The translations under genes were made by a program, and so were the position numbers. Shown piece by piece: positions 24,995 through 37,116 of a DNA stretch of 64,000 nucleotides. A model generated the notes under the pieces. It made no database searches, was not told the origin of the DNA, and was given only the letters and a program-made list of their open reading frames with translations. The stretch's first letter is position 1. The number at the start of each line of letters is the position of its first letter. Source of the stretch: Penicillus capitatus (taxonomy: Eukaryota; Plantae; Chlorophyta); contig OZ287695.1 of NCBI GenBank assembly GCA_965649825.1, positions 1,159,081-1,223,080 on the forward strand, in the 5' to 3' direction.

Positions 24995-27900
24995 AACATG
25001 CATGCGTCCCTTGTATGTCTGAGTAAAACTGTCAGGACTATGTGTAGTGCATTTCTAGATGTATGGCACATGAGACAGTTTTGATTGAGCACAGCCGACC
25101 TCCTTCTCCTTCTTCTTTTTGGATCCGAATCCCAAGCTTCACCTCTTTTGCAACCATTCGACAATGGCACCTCTCATTTCGTGTGGACGGCCTCATGTTT
25201 TCTATGACATATAGTTTTGTCAATGAATAGGCACGTGGGTAATTTATCTGCTGATGTGGACCTTCTTTGATCTCTTTCTATCAAGAATCTCTCAAATGAG
25301 GTCCATCAGGCTCGATGACACAACGTTGTAGATATTGATCCCCATCGAATTCTCCTTGATTCAAGTTTTTAGTCCTCGTGGGGGATATGAACCTGTTATG
25401 TGTACAGAGGAGATTCTTCAATCCAATAGGAATGTATCTCTGTGAATGAAAACAACCATCCATCTCTTGTTTGTATGTCTTGGGCCGTCAAGCGCAGTCC
25501 GGGGCTTAAACGTGTCTGATCGACAAGGAGATTCGGTGAAGTGATTTCAGAGTGTTCTTTGGAGATGTTTTCAATAATCCTTCTCCTTCACGTGACATTC
25601 GCCATACGCATCTAGAGATGCTTCAGCGTTCGGCTTCTAGTCACATCAACGTCGCACATCTCATGCGACGCGAACCAGCGACGCGAGCCCACCGACATTT
25701 GCCCAGTCCGTTCTCGATCAGGGATCGAAATATCGGGCGATCATGTTGCCTTTAACGTTCATGCTGCGATACAGCAACAGCCATCGGAAACGAAACGTGG
25801 ATACTCTACTGGTGCTCTTGTGTACCTATCTCGTGTTTGTTATGCCGACGGGTGTTTTCTTTTTCGACAAGATTCCAGGGTGATGACATTGTGCTACGAT
25901 GTGCATACGGGTTTGAGGCCGAAGGATGATTGCCCAGCACGATCAGAAAAAACGTCATCTTCGGAGTAGAGCAGTCGGTACCCGAGTACGATGATCTCTG
26001 TCGTGTTGATTGTAGAATCTCATGGATGTGTGACGGGGCTAATCGGTAGGCTAACAGACATCCTTGGCCCTTTGGTTGAGGACATCGACCAGTGTATAAA
26101 CCCATCGACGGCGACAAAGAGTCTTTCGTGGTGTCGATGTCAAAACATACTTCGCGCGCTACTGTAACATGGTTTTTGCGATGGATCGCTATCGCGACGT
26201 TAGCGATGATCGTTTCCGACCGATCGCTGTCAGTTTCGAGAATAGATCGTCCTTCCGCCTGTTAACTGTGATTTTGTTTGGCGGCGAGCCTAGACATGAA
26301 TGACACTTTTCGATGACGATAATGTCTTTTTACCGATAAGGACGTCCGGAAATGTGGAACATTATTCGGCTAGATCTGTCAGTGGACAGCTATCAGCTGT
26401 CCACCTTCGTGCAGCTGACGAAGGAATTACATAAATTCAGCACATTATTGTATTAACAGTCTTTGTAACTATAAGTCTTTGTTGTATTTACGTGTGTTTG
26501 CCCATCGACAGCGCGACAATACCGACGATACATGTTCACACATTAAGCATGGCATAAACACTCTCCGACTGTCGATGGTAAGGACGTTTGTTTTGAGACT
26601 GGTCTTTACGCTTGCATTTAAGTTTCTAGGTTCTGCACGAGGAACTTCAAAATCAGAACACCCTTTCGATGCTTTTCGACTAACCTAACCTACGATCACG
26701 CAGGAGTCACATGGTCGCTGTAAGATTAGTCTTAATCAGGACACCAATGGCACAAGCTTTCGATCGATTCGCAAAGTCCATTCATCTTACAGTAAGCTCA
26801 CGGTCTGCGACGATGTCATCACTAAATAATGAAATTGAGCTTCGTTCAATCGCGAGATTTCGAAGCCCGGTGGGCGATTGAAAATCGTAGCGGTCGCTTG
26901 ATTCGATCGACAGCAATCGAACGCATCGAAACCGATCGATCGACAGTAGAAAGGACGAAAAAGTTCTTCGAACCCAAGATAAATGTTTATCATTCAATTT
27001 ACAGTCGAGATACTTTTGTTATCTTTACATATGCTATATCATCAAGATCTGTCTCTACTGTTGGCAGAAAACGCGCGTAAGCGCAGACAACGGCCCATTG
27101 AAAAGAAAGATACAGCGAAAACGGTCGGATCAATTTAGAAGAGTTCAGTCATTCAGCCTGGCGTCGACTTAAATGTCTTGCCGCGGCGAACGTACCAACA
27201 TATCAATGCATGAACGTAAGCACTTGCAGACAGACGTCAAACAAGGCCTAACAAACACACGCTGCTCTCGACGCAAGACAACAATATAAACCATCATTTT
27301 AGCCGTAAGAAGCGTTGCTTCGTTTTGTTCCTAGCCAAGAAAACCTCAACAAACGTCTCTAGCTCGGAAGGAGATAACCTTAACCCCTATCGACTCGAAA
27401 CTCAGCAACACCGATCGATCGATTTGAAAGATGAAGAAAACTCCATGTCGTCGTTTTAGCACCAAAGAAGACATTGATCGTCGATCGTCAAGTATATGGC
27501 TTTCTTGTCGATAGCGACTTTTTGAAATCGACTTGTAACCGACCGATCGCATCGCGTTTATCATTTCGATTTCGCCTTTTACGATTCCTTTGATTTCGAT
27601 CGTAAGCTCCGCAAGTTGACACGAAGTTACTCGTATTTTAGAATCGAAATCGCATGCATTGCGATCTGCTAGCTGGATCTATGAAATGCTTCGCAATAGC
27701 AATCATAGAAAGTATATTTGCAGCTACGGTACATACGATTATGACACTAACTCACATTTGCAAAAAGGATGGAGTATCTTATTGACGTTTCATCATACGC
27801 TTAAACTACACTGGCGGACATAGCGAAGACTGAAGATCGAAACGAAAACAGACGGACAATCCTCGTGCACCAAAATTTGTGGGATATCGGATGCAAAAAT

Positions 27901-28441
27901 CATCGATGGTATAAAAGAAAAAGCAGCAGAGAATACAAAATTACTCGCAATTGCATCTTAAGCGAAATCGTTTCATCGAAGGCCATCTGAATGATCTTTC
28001 ACCTACTTCTATGTCACATAGTTTTATGAGCAGCACGATGAACCGCCAGGAGAGTAGATCGCTCCCATCAACACGCGGCAATGCGATCGATCTTTTCTCC
28101 GTCCTCGATACGTACCTTATCAGGAAGGACGATTATCACTTTTCGATGGACGTATATCGTCAATCTTCAATCGACGGATCGATCTTTGCGTTGTTCGCAA
28201 TTGATTGATCAAAAGCCGTCGTGGTATCATTCAAAGTGCAATGGATGACACTCTGGAATCGATCGCTCGAATCGCGATAAATCAAAAGTCGTGTTCGTTG
28301 TCACGATAATTTTCGTATCGATGACGTGATCGATCGACGAATGGCATAGAGCTTTCGAGAAGTTTACAAGAAACCAGAGGTTCAAACGATGCCGAAGAAG
28401 AATCGCCGCAAAAAATTCGTCAAACTTCGTTGGACGTTATT

Positions 28442-29209
28442 CTACCACCGTCGTCTCATTAACAAGATATCTGGTTCGTTTGACAGCATTCCAAAGATAT
28501 TGTTCGAACGCATCGAGATTTCTTCATAGCCACAGTATCTGTAGAGTTCTCTTGCAGCAGTGTTGTTTTCGTACACGTTCAGCACGATCTCGCCTTTCGC
28601 CCATATCCACGCCACAAATTCAGCCGCCGAAAGAAGCGTTGAACCGATACCTTTCCGGCGCTTCTCCGGCAAAACCGCCATGCTACTAATGTATGCGTAT
28701 GACTGCACCTCACTCGGCAGGTTCTGAATCACGTCACCGTCGGTTTGATGCGAGACTTGAACGACACCGATGATCGGCGCGTCATGTTCCTCGCGAGCGA
28801 CAAGAATGGCGAATTCGTCTTTGGCACGTTCACAACGGGCACTTAGGACAATATCGAGAACCTCGTCTTCGAAGAGGTGCAGAAAGAAAGCGTCGAAGAA
28901 GCCGAAGACTGGGGCTTTGTAGAAGCCTTTGGCGATGATCTTCGACGCCTCTCTCACATCTTGGTCCCTAACCACTTCGACAACGACATTCGGCGACGTC
29001 TTCTCTTGCCACACCACGAGTGCCTCTTCCAGTGTTCCCTCTGACAATGACTGCCAGTTGTATTCTGTCGTATATGAGCTGTCGTGCTCAGCGTCTGAAA
29101 TGCGACATCGAATGCATTTCTTGGCGAAAGAGCGCCGATTGTACCGATCCAGTCCTCTCCGCGATGGCCCTCCGTCGACAAGTGGAGGGCGTATATGAAG
29201 GACGTGCAT
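28442..29209 (-). CDS. Plastid-targeted GNAT-family acetyltransferase
   Basis: Transit-peptide-like N-terminus. [21 protein letters not shown] (AcCoA-binding motif A) and [16 protein letters not shown]. Intronless. Confidence 0.88.
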   Translation of the reverse strand: MHVLHIRPPLVDGGPSRRGLDRYNRRSFAKKCIRCRISDAEHDSSYTTEYNWQSLSEGTLEEALVVWQEKTSPNVVVEVVRDQDVREASKIIAKGFYKAPVFGFFDAFFLHLFEDEVLDIVLSARCERAKDEFAILVAREEHDAPIIGVVQVSHQTDGDVIQNLPSEVQSYAYISSMAVLPEKRRKGIGSTLLSAAEFVAWIWAKGEIVLNVYENNTAARELYRYCGYEEISMRSNNIFGMLSNEPDILLMRRRW

Positions 29210-29246
29210 TGCATGGAATCTTGATTCATTTTGCGTGCATTATCCA

Positions 29247-30843
29247 ATGGGGCAAGGTCAGAGCGCACCTGGTCGTGGAAGTTCTTCGGGCCAAGGAGGT
29301 GGCGACCGTAAAGACCAAGATAAGAAGAAGAGATGGGAGCCGCCTGCTCCTCCTCCGCGCGTTGGCAAAAAACAGAAGAGACATGGAGCTTCGTCAGGTC
29401 TTGGCTCGAAACTCCCGTCGGTGACACCAAACGCCAAGTGCAAATTGCGTCTCTTAAAACTGGAACGCATCAAAGATTACCTCCTGATGGAAGAGGAGTT
29501 CGTCCATAATCAGGAGCGTCTCAAACCGCAAGATAACAAAGAAAACGAAGACCATTCCAAAGTACAGCAAGTCGTTGTTGATGTGACAGGTCTGCGAAAA
29601 AGTAAACTTAGGTGGATGATTTGCGAGGCTCTCCGCTGAGCGTGGGATCCTTAGAAGAAATCATTGACGAAAAGTGCATTCTGCTTGAAACGTGCGGACA
29701 TGACCGAGGAGCTGTGTGATGTTAGTCATGGAATTGTCTCCTCATCTGTGGGACCTGAATACTACGTTGGTATTCTCTCGTTTGTGGACAAGACTCAGCT
29801 GGAGCCAGGCTGCTCTGTCCTCATGCATAACAAAGTCCGACTGCAAATCCTCTCTACCTTCTCATACAAATGACTTTAGGTGCTTTCTGTGGTTGGCATC
29901 CTTCAAGACGAGACGGATCCAATGGTCTCGGTCATGAAGGTCTGTTTCTACGTAGCAGTCTATACTCAGCAGTACGGTGGGTCGTGCAGGTCGAGAAAGC
30001 TCCTCTTGAATCTTACGCAGATGTCGGTGGACTCGAACAACAGATTCAGGAAATCAAGGAAGCCGTTGAACTGCCATTGACACATCCAGAGCTCTACGAA
30101 GACATCGGCATCAAACCCCCTAAGGTATTCGTCTCTCTATGCAAAATGCAGGTGCAGATGGCGAATGCGTGGTGCATCAGGGTGTGATTCTCTATGGAGC
30201 ACCAGGGACCGGAAAGACGTTGCTCGCCAAAGCAGTGGCCAATTCGACTTCAGCGACATTTCTACGCGTCGTTGGATCTGAGCTCATTCAGAAATACCTC
30301 GGCGATGGGCCAAAACTCGTGAGGGAGTTGTTTAGAGTGGCAGATGAATTGGCTCCGGCGATTGTGTTCATCGACGAAATCGATGCTATCGGAACTAAGA
30401 GATACGATTCGCATTCCGGAGGAGAACGAGAAATCCAACGGACTATGTTAGAACTGTTGAATCAGATGGATGGGTTCGATGCCGTCGGAGATGTCAAGAT
30501 CATTCTCGCAACGAATCGCATTGATTCGCTGGATCCAGCATTGATCCGTCCAGGCAGAATCGACCGGAAGATCGAGTTTCCTTTGCCAGATGCCAAAACG
30601 AAACGCAGGATCTTTCAGATTCATACCTCCAAGATGACATTAGCAGACGATATCAATATGGAGGAATTTGTGCTGGCCAAAGATGAATTGTCAGGGGCAG
30701 ATATCAAAGCTGTTTGCACAGAAGCTGGTCTCTTGGCGCTAAGGGAGAGACGCATGCGCGTCACACAGGCTGATTTTCGCAAAGCCAAAGAGAAGGTCCT
30801 TTACAAGAAGAAAGAAGGCGTCCCAGAGGGACTTTACATGTGA
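29247..30843 (+). CDS. RPT2: 26S proteasome AAA-ATPase subunit RPT2 (PSMC1)
   Basis: [73 protein letters not shown]. Five GT-AG introns. Confidence 0.97.
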
Positions 30844-30912
30844 AAAGACACGATACCGTGTTTCACGTTGATGATTTCTATGATGTGACGTTTTCGAATC
30901 GACGCCGGCGCG

Positions 30913-33900
30913 ATGGAGGCCGAAGATTTCCCACGCGGTCGCGAATCTGAGAACGAAACGAACACGATTGAGCAAGGCAAACGTCGAAAACGAACCAGAA
31001 AGAAAACCAGATCTCGACCTGTCGCATCTGAGAACTTTTTGCCCAGGACACTCGACGTTGATGATCTGCGTGTACCATTCATTTCTCATTTTCTCGGCAC
31101 TTAACGCAGATCGCCTTTAGTTTCGTGCCCCTGGTGTGAAATTAATGGGAATGGTCACAGAAGTGACCGAAACCCATTTGCGAGTCAGTCTCCCACATGC
31201 AGTGGAAGAAACTGTTGAAGCACTCGAGGCTTCAGACGTGTTAAATGTCCTGTTGAGTGAGGACGGTGATGGCACAGATGACCGCTTTCTGCGAGAGTTG
31301 CATGGAAAGCCCCCACCGCTGACGGAGCTCTTTGCACCTGGACAGTTTGTACACGGGACATATATTGAAAATACAAACTCCGATTGTCAGTTCTCGCTGA
31401 GATTGCAGCATTTCTACAGAGGCACGATTCTGTCAAAACTTCCAGAGGGATCTCTTGTTGCCGGATGCGTCCGCACGATCGAAGATCATGGTTTCACCAT
31501 CTCGTTTGGCACCAAGGTCACTTTGCTGTAAAAGGAACTCACTTTGGAATGGTGTTGTTTAGGGCATCTCTGGATTCCTGACAAAGACAGAATTGGAGTC
31601 GTCTTATGGAGAAGGCTCTTCTCTGCATCCAGGCCAGCTTTTGAACGGCGTTATTAAATCCTCCGGGACTCGAGGCGTCATCCAGTTGACCATCGATCCT
31701 GATTCTGTCCGAAACAGTGTGATGGTGGACACGGCTATGTCGGCATGTCAATGTATCGTGCCTGGAATGCTCATTCATGCTGAGATCACACAGATCACAG
31801 ATGGAGGAATCTTGCTGAGCGTCATGAAACACTACAAGGGCATCATCAGTCTTTTTCATCTGCCAAAAGTGACAACGAAACAGGCAGAAATCAATTCGTA
31901 ACTGAGAACATCTGCTGACTTTGTGTAGGAAGAGGTCGCGGATGGGTGGCAGTCAGATTTTATCGAAGGCCAAATCGTACGAAGTCGTGTACTGGCTTGG
32001 GATCCTGACAGATCTGTCTACCTGCTTTCGCTGAAGCCTTTCTTGGTTGGACTAGAGTTACCCAGAATGCCAGCGATCATTGGACAAGTCTTCACAGATG
32101 CCATTATCCAACGAGCCGATCCGATTGGACTCTCTCTGAAACTCCCGACGCGGCCAGTCCCAACCCATGCTTTTGTCTTCCAGCACAGTCTTGGCGATTT
32201 GCCGCTGCAGAGCACAGATTTCAAACTCAAGCAGTTGGTATCTCTACGTGTGACTGGCTTTCATGCGATGGAGGGTTTAGTTATTGGCAGTCTGAAGGAA
32301 TCTGTTATACGCAGCGGGATTGTCTGCTTTGATGATGTCTATCCTGGGAGAGTCTCTGAAGGAAGCCTCGTTCGTATTTGTGATGATCATGTGTACGTGT
32401 CAATGGGCGAAGGGATTCAAGGACTGTCACGGCAATGTGGATTCTCTGCGAATATCTCCCTTCGACAAATCTTTAATCCTGGACAGCTGGTTGCTTACAG
32501 AGTCCTGAAGCTCAAACCAGAAACGCATCAAGCCATTCTATCCTTGGACGCTCAGCTCGTGCACGCTTCTCTTCCGTTTCTGACAAGTTGGGATGATATC
32601 GAAATAGGACTACGTGTTATTGGATATGTTTTGGCCGTCAAGTCGAAGGTCGTTATCGTGGCATTTGCCGGAGACATCCATGGAGTGATGGCAGAAGAGA
32701 ATACGAGGCTTGGACCTGGGGAAACGCTGACGGACTGTTTTCAAAAGAACCAGATCATCAAACCATGGATCAAGAACTATATCCATCGTCGAAGGAGGTT
32801 GATACTGACGACGATCAAACCCCAGAAGTCAACAAGAACGAAAGCATTGGCGACTCAGTGTCATCCATGCAGTGATGTTTGCAAGGCACCTGATTCTCTG
32901 GCAATCGGCGAGTTGGCAGAAGCGTCTGTTGAGAAGGTAAAGACACAGCAAAGGAATCTCAGTTCGATAGATGTATGCACAGGTGCTGCCACGAGAGATG
33001 GGTTTCCTTGTGGCGTACACGACACTAGAGAGTCAGGTTCGAGGAAAGGCCATTTTGCCTCTGAGTCAGTTGGCGGATCACCCGTTTGTGCAGCAACATT
33101 TGGTAGGGAGTCTCACGCAGGGCACTTCTATTGGACACGTGGTCGTTCTGAAAACATCTGTTCCTGTGGAAGTGTCCAAAAAGCCCAGTCTCATCAGCAA
33201 TGCATCCATGTTGCCACGGCATTTGGAAGACATGAAAGAGAATATGTTGCTTCATGGGTATATCTCTTTCGTCGGCGCAGACTTTGTCAATGTCTCTTTT
33301 CTGGGAGACCTCTCCGGTCGTGTCTTCAAGAATCAGATGCCGCTATCTGCGCTGTCACCTCACAAGCAGTTCCAAATGGGACAGTCTGTCTTGGCACGCG
33401 TTCTCAAGGTAGACGAAGAGCGACGACGCATCAACTTGACATTGAATCCAAGTCGGACATCCACGTCAGATGCTATGCTTCTGGAAGATGCCTTGGAAGA
33501 TATTGCACGTATCCGTGGGGGTGTCTTTCCCTATCAAGGCAGAGGGCATCGAATTGGAGAGATCTTGGAGGTTGTTACAGAGTCTGTCGAGAAAGAAGAG
33601 ATCCGCTGCACGGTTCCTGGCAAAAAGAATCTAATAGGTATTATTCCTAAAGCACATCTCGGCGAGGAATCTCTGGAGGCGGAGACGACAGGTCAAACGA
33701 TCAAGGCCTGTTTACTAGATGTCAGCACGGAGGGGCATTTGATTTTGTCAGCAAAACCTTATCTCATTGAGAAAGGCTTCAAGACGGTGAAGAAAGGGAA
33801 GCGAAAACGAAAAGACAGACCAACAGTGGAGAAGAATCTAAATGCCGTTGTCGAATGGATTGCCGCGTACTATTTGGTTGTCACGCTTCCAGATAGAGAT

Positions 33901-36039
33901 CACATGATCGCCAAAGTGTTGGCATCCGATTATAACTTGCAGTGTTTTCCGATTGTCAAAGCCTTTCAGTTGGGTCAGCAGATCTCGATAGAGGAGACTC
34001 GTGGCAAGGACACAGGCTCAACAGGACCAATCTACAGGACACAGCTGGTACCGCTCTTATGGCACCGAGCTGTCCGTAGAGCAATAGCGGATGCATTAAC
34101 TCCTTCCGAAGGTGTTCCCTCGTTGGGAGCAGCACCGCTTCAGGTGGGTGATGCGGTTCATGGTGTCATCGAACAAGTCAAGGAAGGTGGAGTGACAGTG
34201 ACGCTAACTGGTGATGCAGCACCTCATACGAGAGCCTTTGTGCAGTTCATTGATCTTTTTGATCGCTTTACTGATCAGCTTCCTTCATTCCTTCGACCTG
34301 GCATTTCGGTTCAAGGAGTTGTCAAGAAATTGACAGAGAAAGATATGACACTGTCCCTTCGGGAGAGCGATGGCGGGAAGATCGATGCAGAAGTGTCCTT
34401 GATAGAAATCAAGTGTCCGACACAGCTCAGCAGAGAATCCGTTGAGTTGGGTACTGTGCTGCATGGATACGTGTCTGGATACGGCAAGAATTCTTCCTGT
34501 CTGTTTGTCAATATTAGCAGCGATATGTACGCGACTGTCTTTCCGCCGCATTTTGGGGATGACGCCCTGCTGGATCTTCCATCGCATTTTCCTGTCGGGA
34601 ACCTTGTGAAAGGAACCGTTATTTCGAGCAGATATCCGCGAGTGGGCCTCTCTTTGAGGTCTGGGCGCAAACCACTGGACTCAGCTGGAGCTCTGCGGAG
34701 AGGGACTGTAGCAAATGTAACGCCACAGGGGATCTATGTTGCCCTTGAAGAGACAGGGCTTCAGGGATTAGTGCCAAGATATGATTTGAAGCCGCATCAA
34801 ATCAAGGCGCATCGCAAAGGACAATACATTACAACCAGAGTCAGTCCGTTGACCGATGCTTTTCATCTCATGCTCGATCTCACAGACGATGAGATTGCTC
34901 ACAAGGATGATCATGATGCTGAAGAAATGGAAATCGAAGAAGAAAGCGTCGAAGAAGCAATCATGGAACCCGACAGCATAAGTGATGCGACGTTTGAAGA
35001 GGCCTTAGCAGCTGCCGTTGCAGCAGAGCGTGATCTAGAGAGAAAACGACCTCGATCTCTGACGGAACCGAAGGCATCACGACCGAAACTGTCGGCGCAT
35101 CAGAAACATGCCATTTGGGGAGATACAGACCTGGAACCCAAAGTCGAAGAGAGTACAGAGATGACGTCCGAGAGGCAAGAACCATCGCAAATCAAACACG
35201 AGTGTGTCAAGGACAGAGAAGAGGAGCCGAGAACAGATGCCGATTTCGAGCGTTTACTCTTCAGTTGCCCGAATTCCTCATATTTATGGATACGGTATAT
35301 GGCCATGTGCCTGGACTCTGGTAATATTGCAGGAGCCAGGGCTACTGCTGAACGTGCTCTGGAGACCATCTCTTTTCGTGAAGAGAAGGAACGTCTGGAT
35401 GTCTGGCTGGCATATCTGAACTTGGAACGCACACATGATGGTACAACGGAAAGTGTGATGTCACTCTTTCGACGAGCCATTCTCTGTAATGACCCCAAGA
35501 AACTTCACTTGGCTTTCTTGAAGATTCTGGAAACATCTCGGCAAACTGAAATTGGCGACCTCGTTCTGAAATCCATGCATCGCCGATGTCCTTCAAGCGC
35601 CAAAGTCTACATTCAGGAGATGCATTACTGGCTGTCCACACAAAGGGGAGGCAATTGCAAGAGGACCTTGGAGATGGCACTGCAGAACTTGCCGAAGAGA
35701 AAGCATGTCAAGGTTATCGTCCAAGCAGGTATACTTGAATTCAAGATTGGAAAAGTCGAGCGTGGCAGAGATATCTTTGAGGGACTCCTTTCTCTTTATC
35801 CAAAGCGTATGGACATTTGGAATGTCTACCTGGATCAAGAACTGGCGCAAGATGACAAGGAACATGTCAGAGCGTTATTCGAAAGAGCGTCTTCTGTCGA
35901 TGGCGGTCGAAGGAGAATGAAATGGATCTTCAAACGGTTTCTGCAATTTGAAGTGCAGCACGGGACAGAAAAGACTGTGAGCTGTGTCAAAGAAAAAGCA
36001 AGAGCATATGTGGCCAAGAAAAACGATGAATTGGTATAA
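30913..36039 (+). CDS. RRP5: rRNA biogenesis protein RRP5 (multiple S1 domains and C-terminal HAT repeats)
   Basis: MEAEDFPRG start, repeated S1 domains, and the C-terminal DFERLLFSCPNSSYLWIRYMA..ERALETISFREEKERLDVW..YPKRMDIWNVYLD. Four introns. Confidence 0.93.
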
Positions 36040-36106
36040 AAAGATACGTAACAGTCGTTGCGCCCAATCGATCGAAATCAGTAAAGGATTGCCGAAGAAG
36101 ACAGAC

Positions 36107-36396
36107 CTGGTAGTGAGGTGGGATGCAAGACGATGCCTACTCGACGGACGTGTTTGTTTTCTGTGAAGATTTTGTCGTAGCTCTCGTCTAGTACTTCGCC
36201 GACGCTTTTCTTTGAGACGACGTCGAGAGCTTCCTTCGACGCCAGGCGCGGATCGCTGATTTCGGAGAGCAATAGCTTCGGGAAATACGTCGAAGTAAAG
36301 CAATGCTTCGTGGACTTCTGGTCGAAGCGAAGGAACGCAGCGTCGAACCATGAAGCGATCGAAACATCGCTCCGCCGAAAGCCGACGTCGCGTCAT
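36107..36396 (-). pseudogene. DPE1: 5' fragment of plastid 4-alpha-glucanotransferase (DPE1/amylomaltase)
   Basis: KSVGEVLDESYDKI..RRVGIVLHPTSLP(G) matches the DPE1 N-terminus and ends at a GT donor (36106). No downstream DPE1 exon was found in the window. Confidence 0.7.
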
Positions 36397-37116
36397 GTCA
36401 CCTCGAAACCTGACGGACCTTCAGCCACAGCTCTTCGAACGTTGAGCGATTGTGTTCGATGAGGGCAGAAGAAACACGAAGCCATGTCACCGACAAAAAC
36501 GATTGTAATCAGAGCAATCGTGATCTCAAAGCCTCGATCGAGTGCCTTTGACAAAGACTGGACGATAGAAGGATCGAGGACAGTGGTTAAGCGCGGATTT
36601 CTTTCTACAGGATGACTGTCAATTTCTTACAAGTATTGTATACTCGAAAGAAAGAGACTGCAGAGTGCATTGACCGTTCTTTTTTTCGCTTCTTCCGATG
36701 TGTCTACGGCGGCATGAGGGAAACCATCGTATTTTATTATCCCACAGATATGCAGGGCGAATTATCCAGTCTCTGCACATGGTTAGCAGGGAAGACGGTC
36801 TGGATATGTTGATGCTTATTCATGAGTTCGAAAGCACCAATCCAGTAGCCACTTGCGTCTTCTGTCATGTACATCGAATCCGTTAGGAATGCGATGGCAA
36901 ATCAAAAAAGTAGGTCTATATCAATGATGTTAGTGTAGATAGACTTTACTAGCCCACAAGCAGATCGATACCAGCATCTCTAATGCCGATACAAGCACAC
37001 AGACAACACCACTATGTCATTGAAATGTCTGTTTTTGTGTTTCAAATCGACTCAAAAGGGAAACCGTCAAATCGAATGTGAGAGATTCTCATCCGCTTAC
37101 TAACAGAAGGGACGTC

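Noticed and set aside
32043-33650. 535-aa ORF as a separate gene overlapping RRP5
   Set aside because: Its 5' part is an RRP5 exon. A 46-nt intron near 32940-32985 shifts into the main RRP5 frame, and the rest is an off-frame tail.
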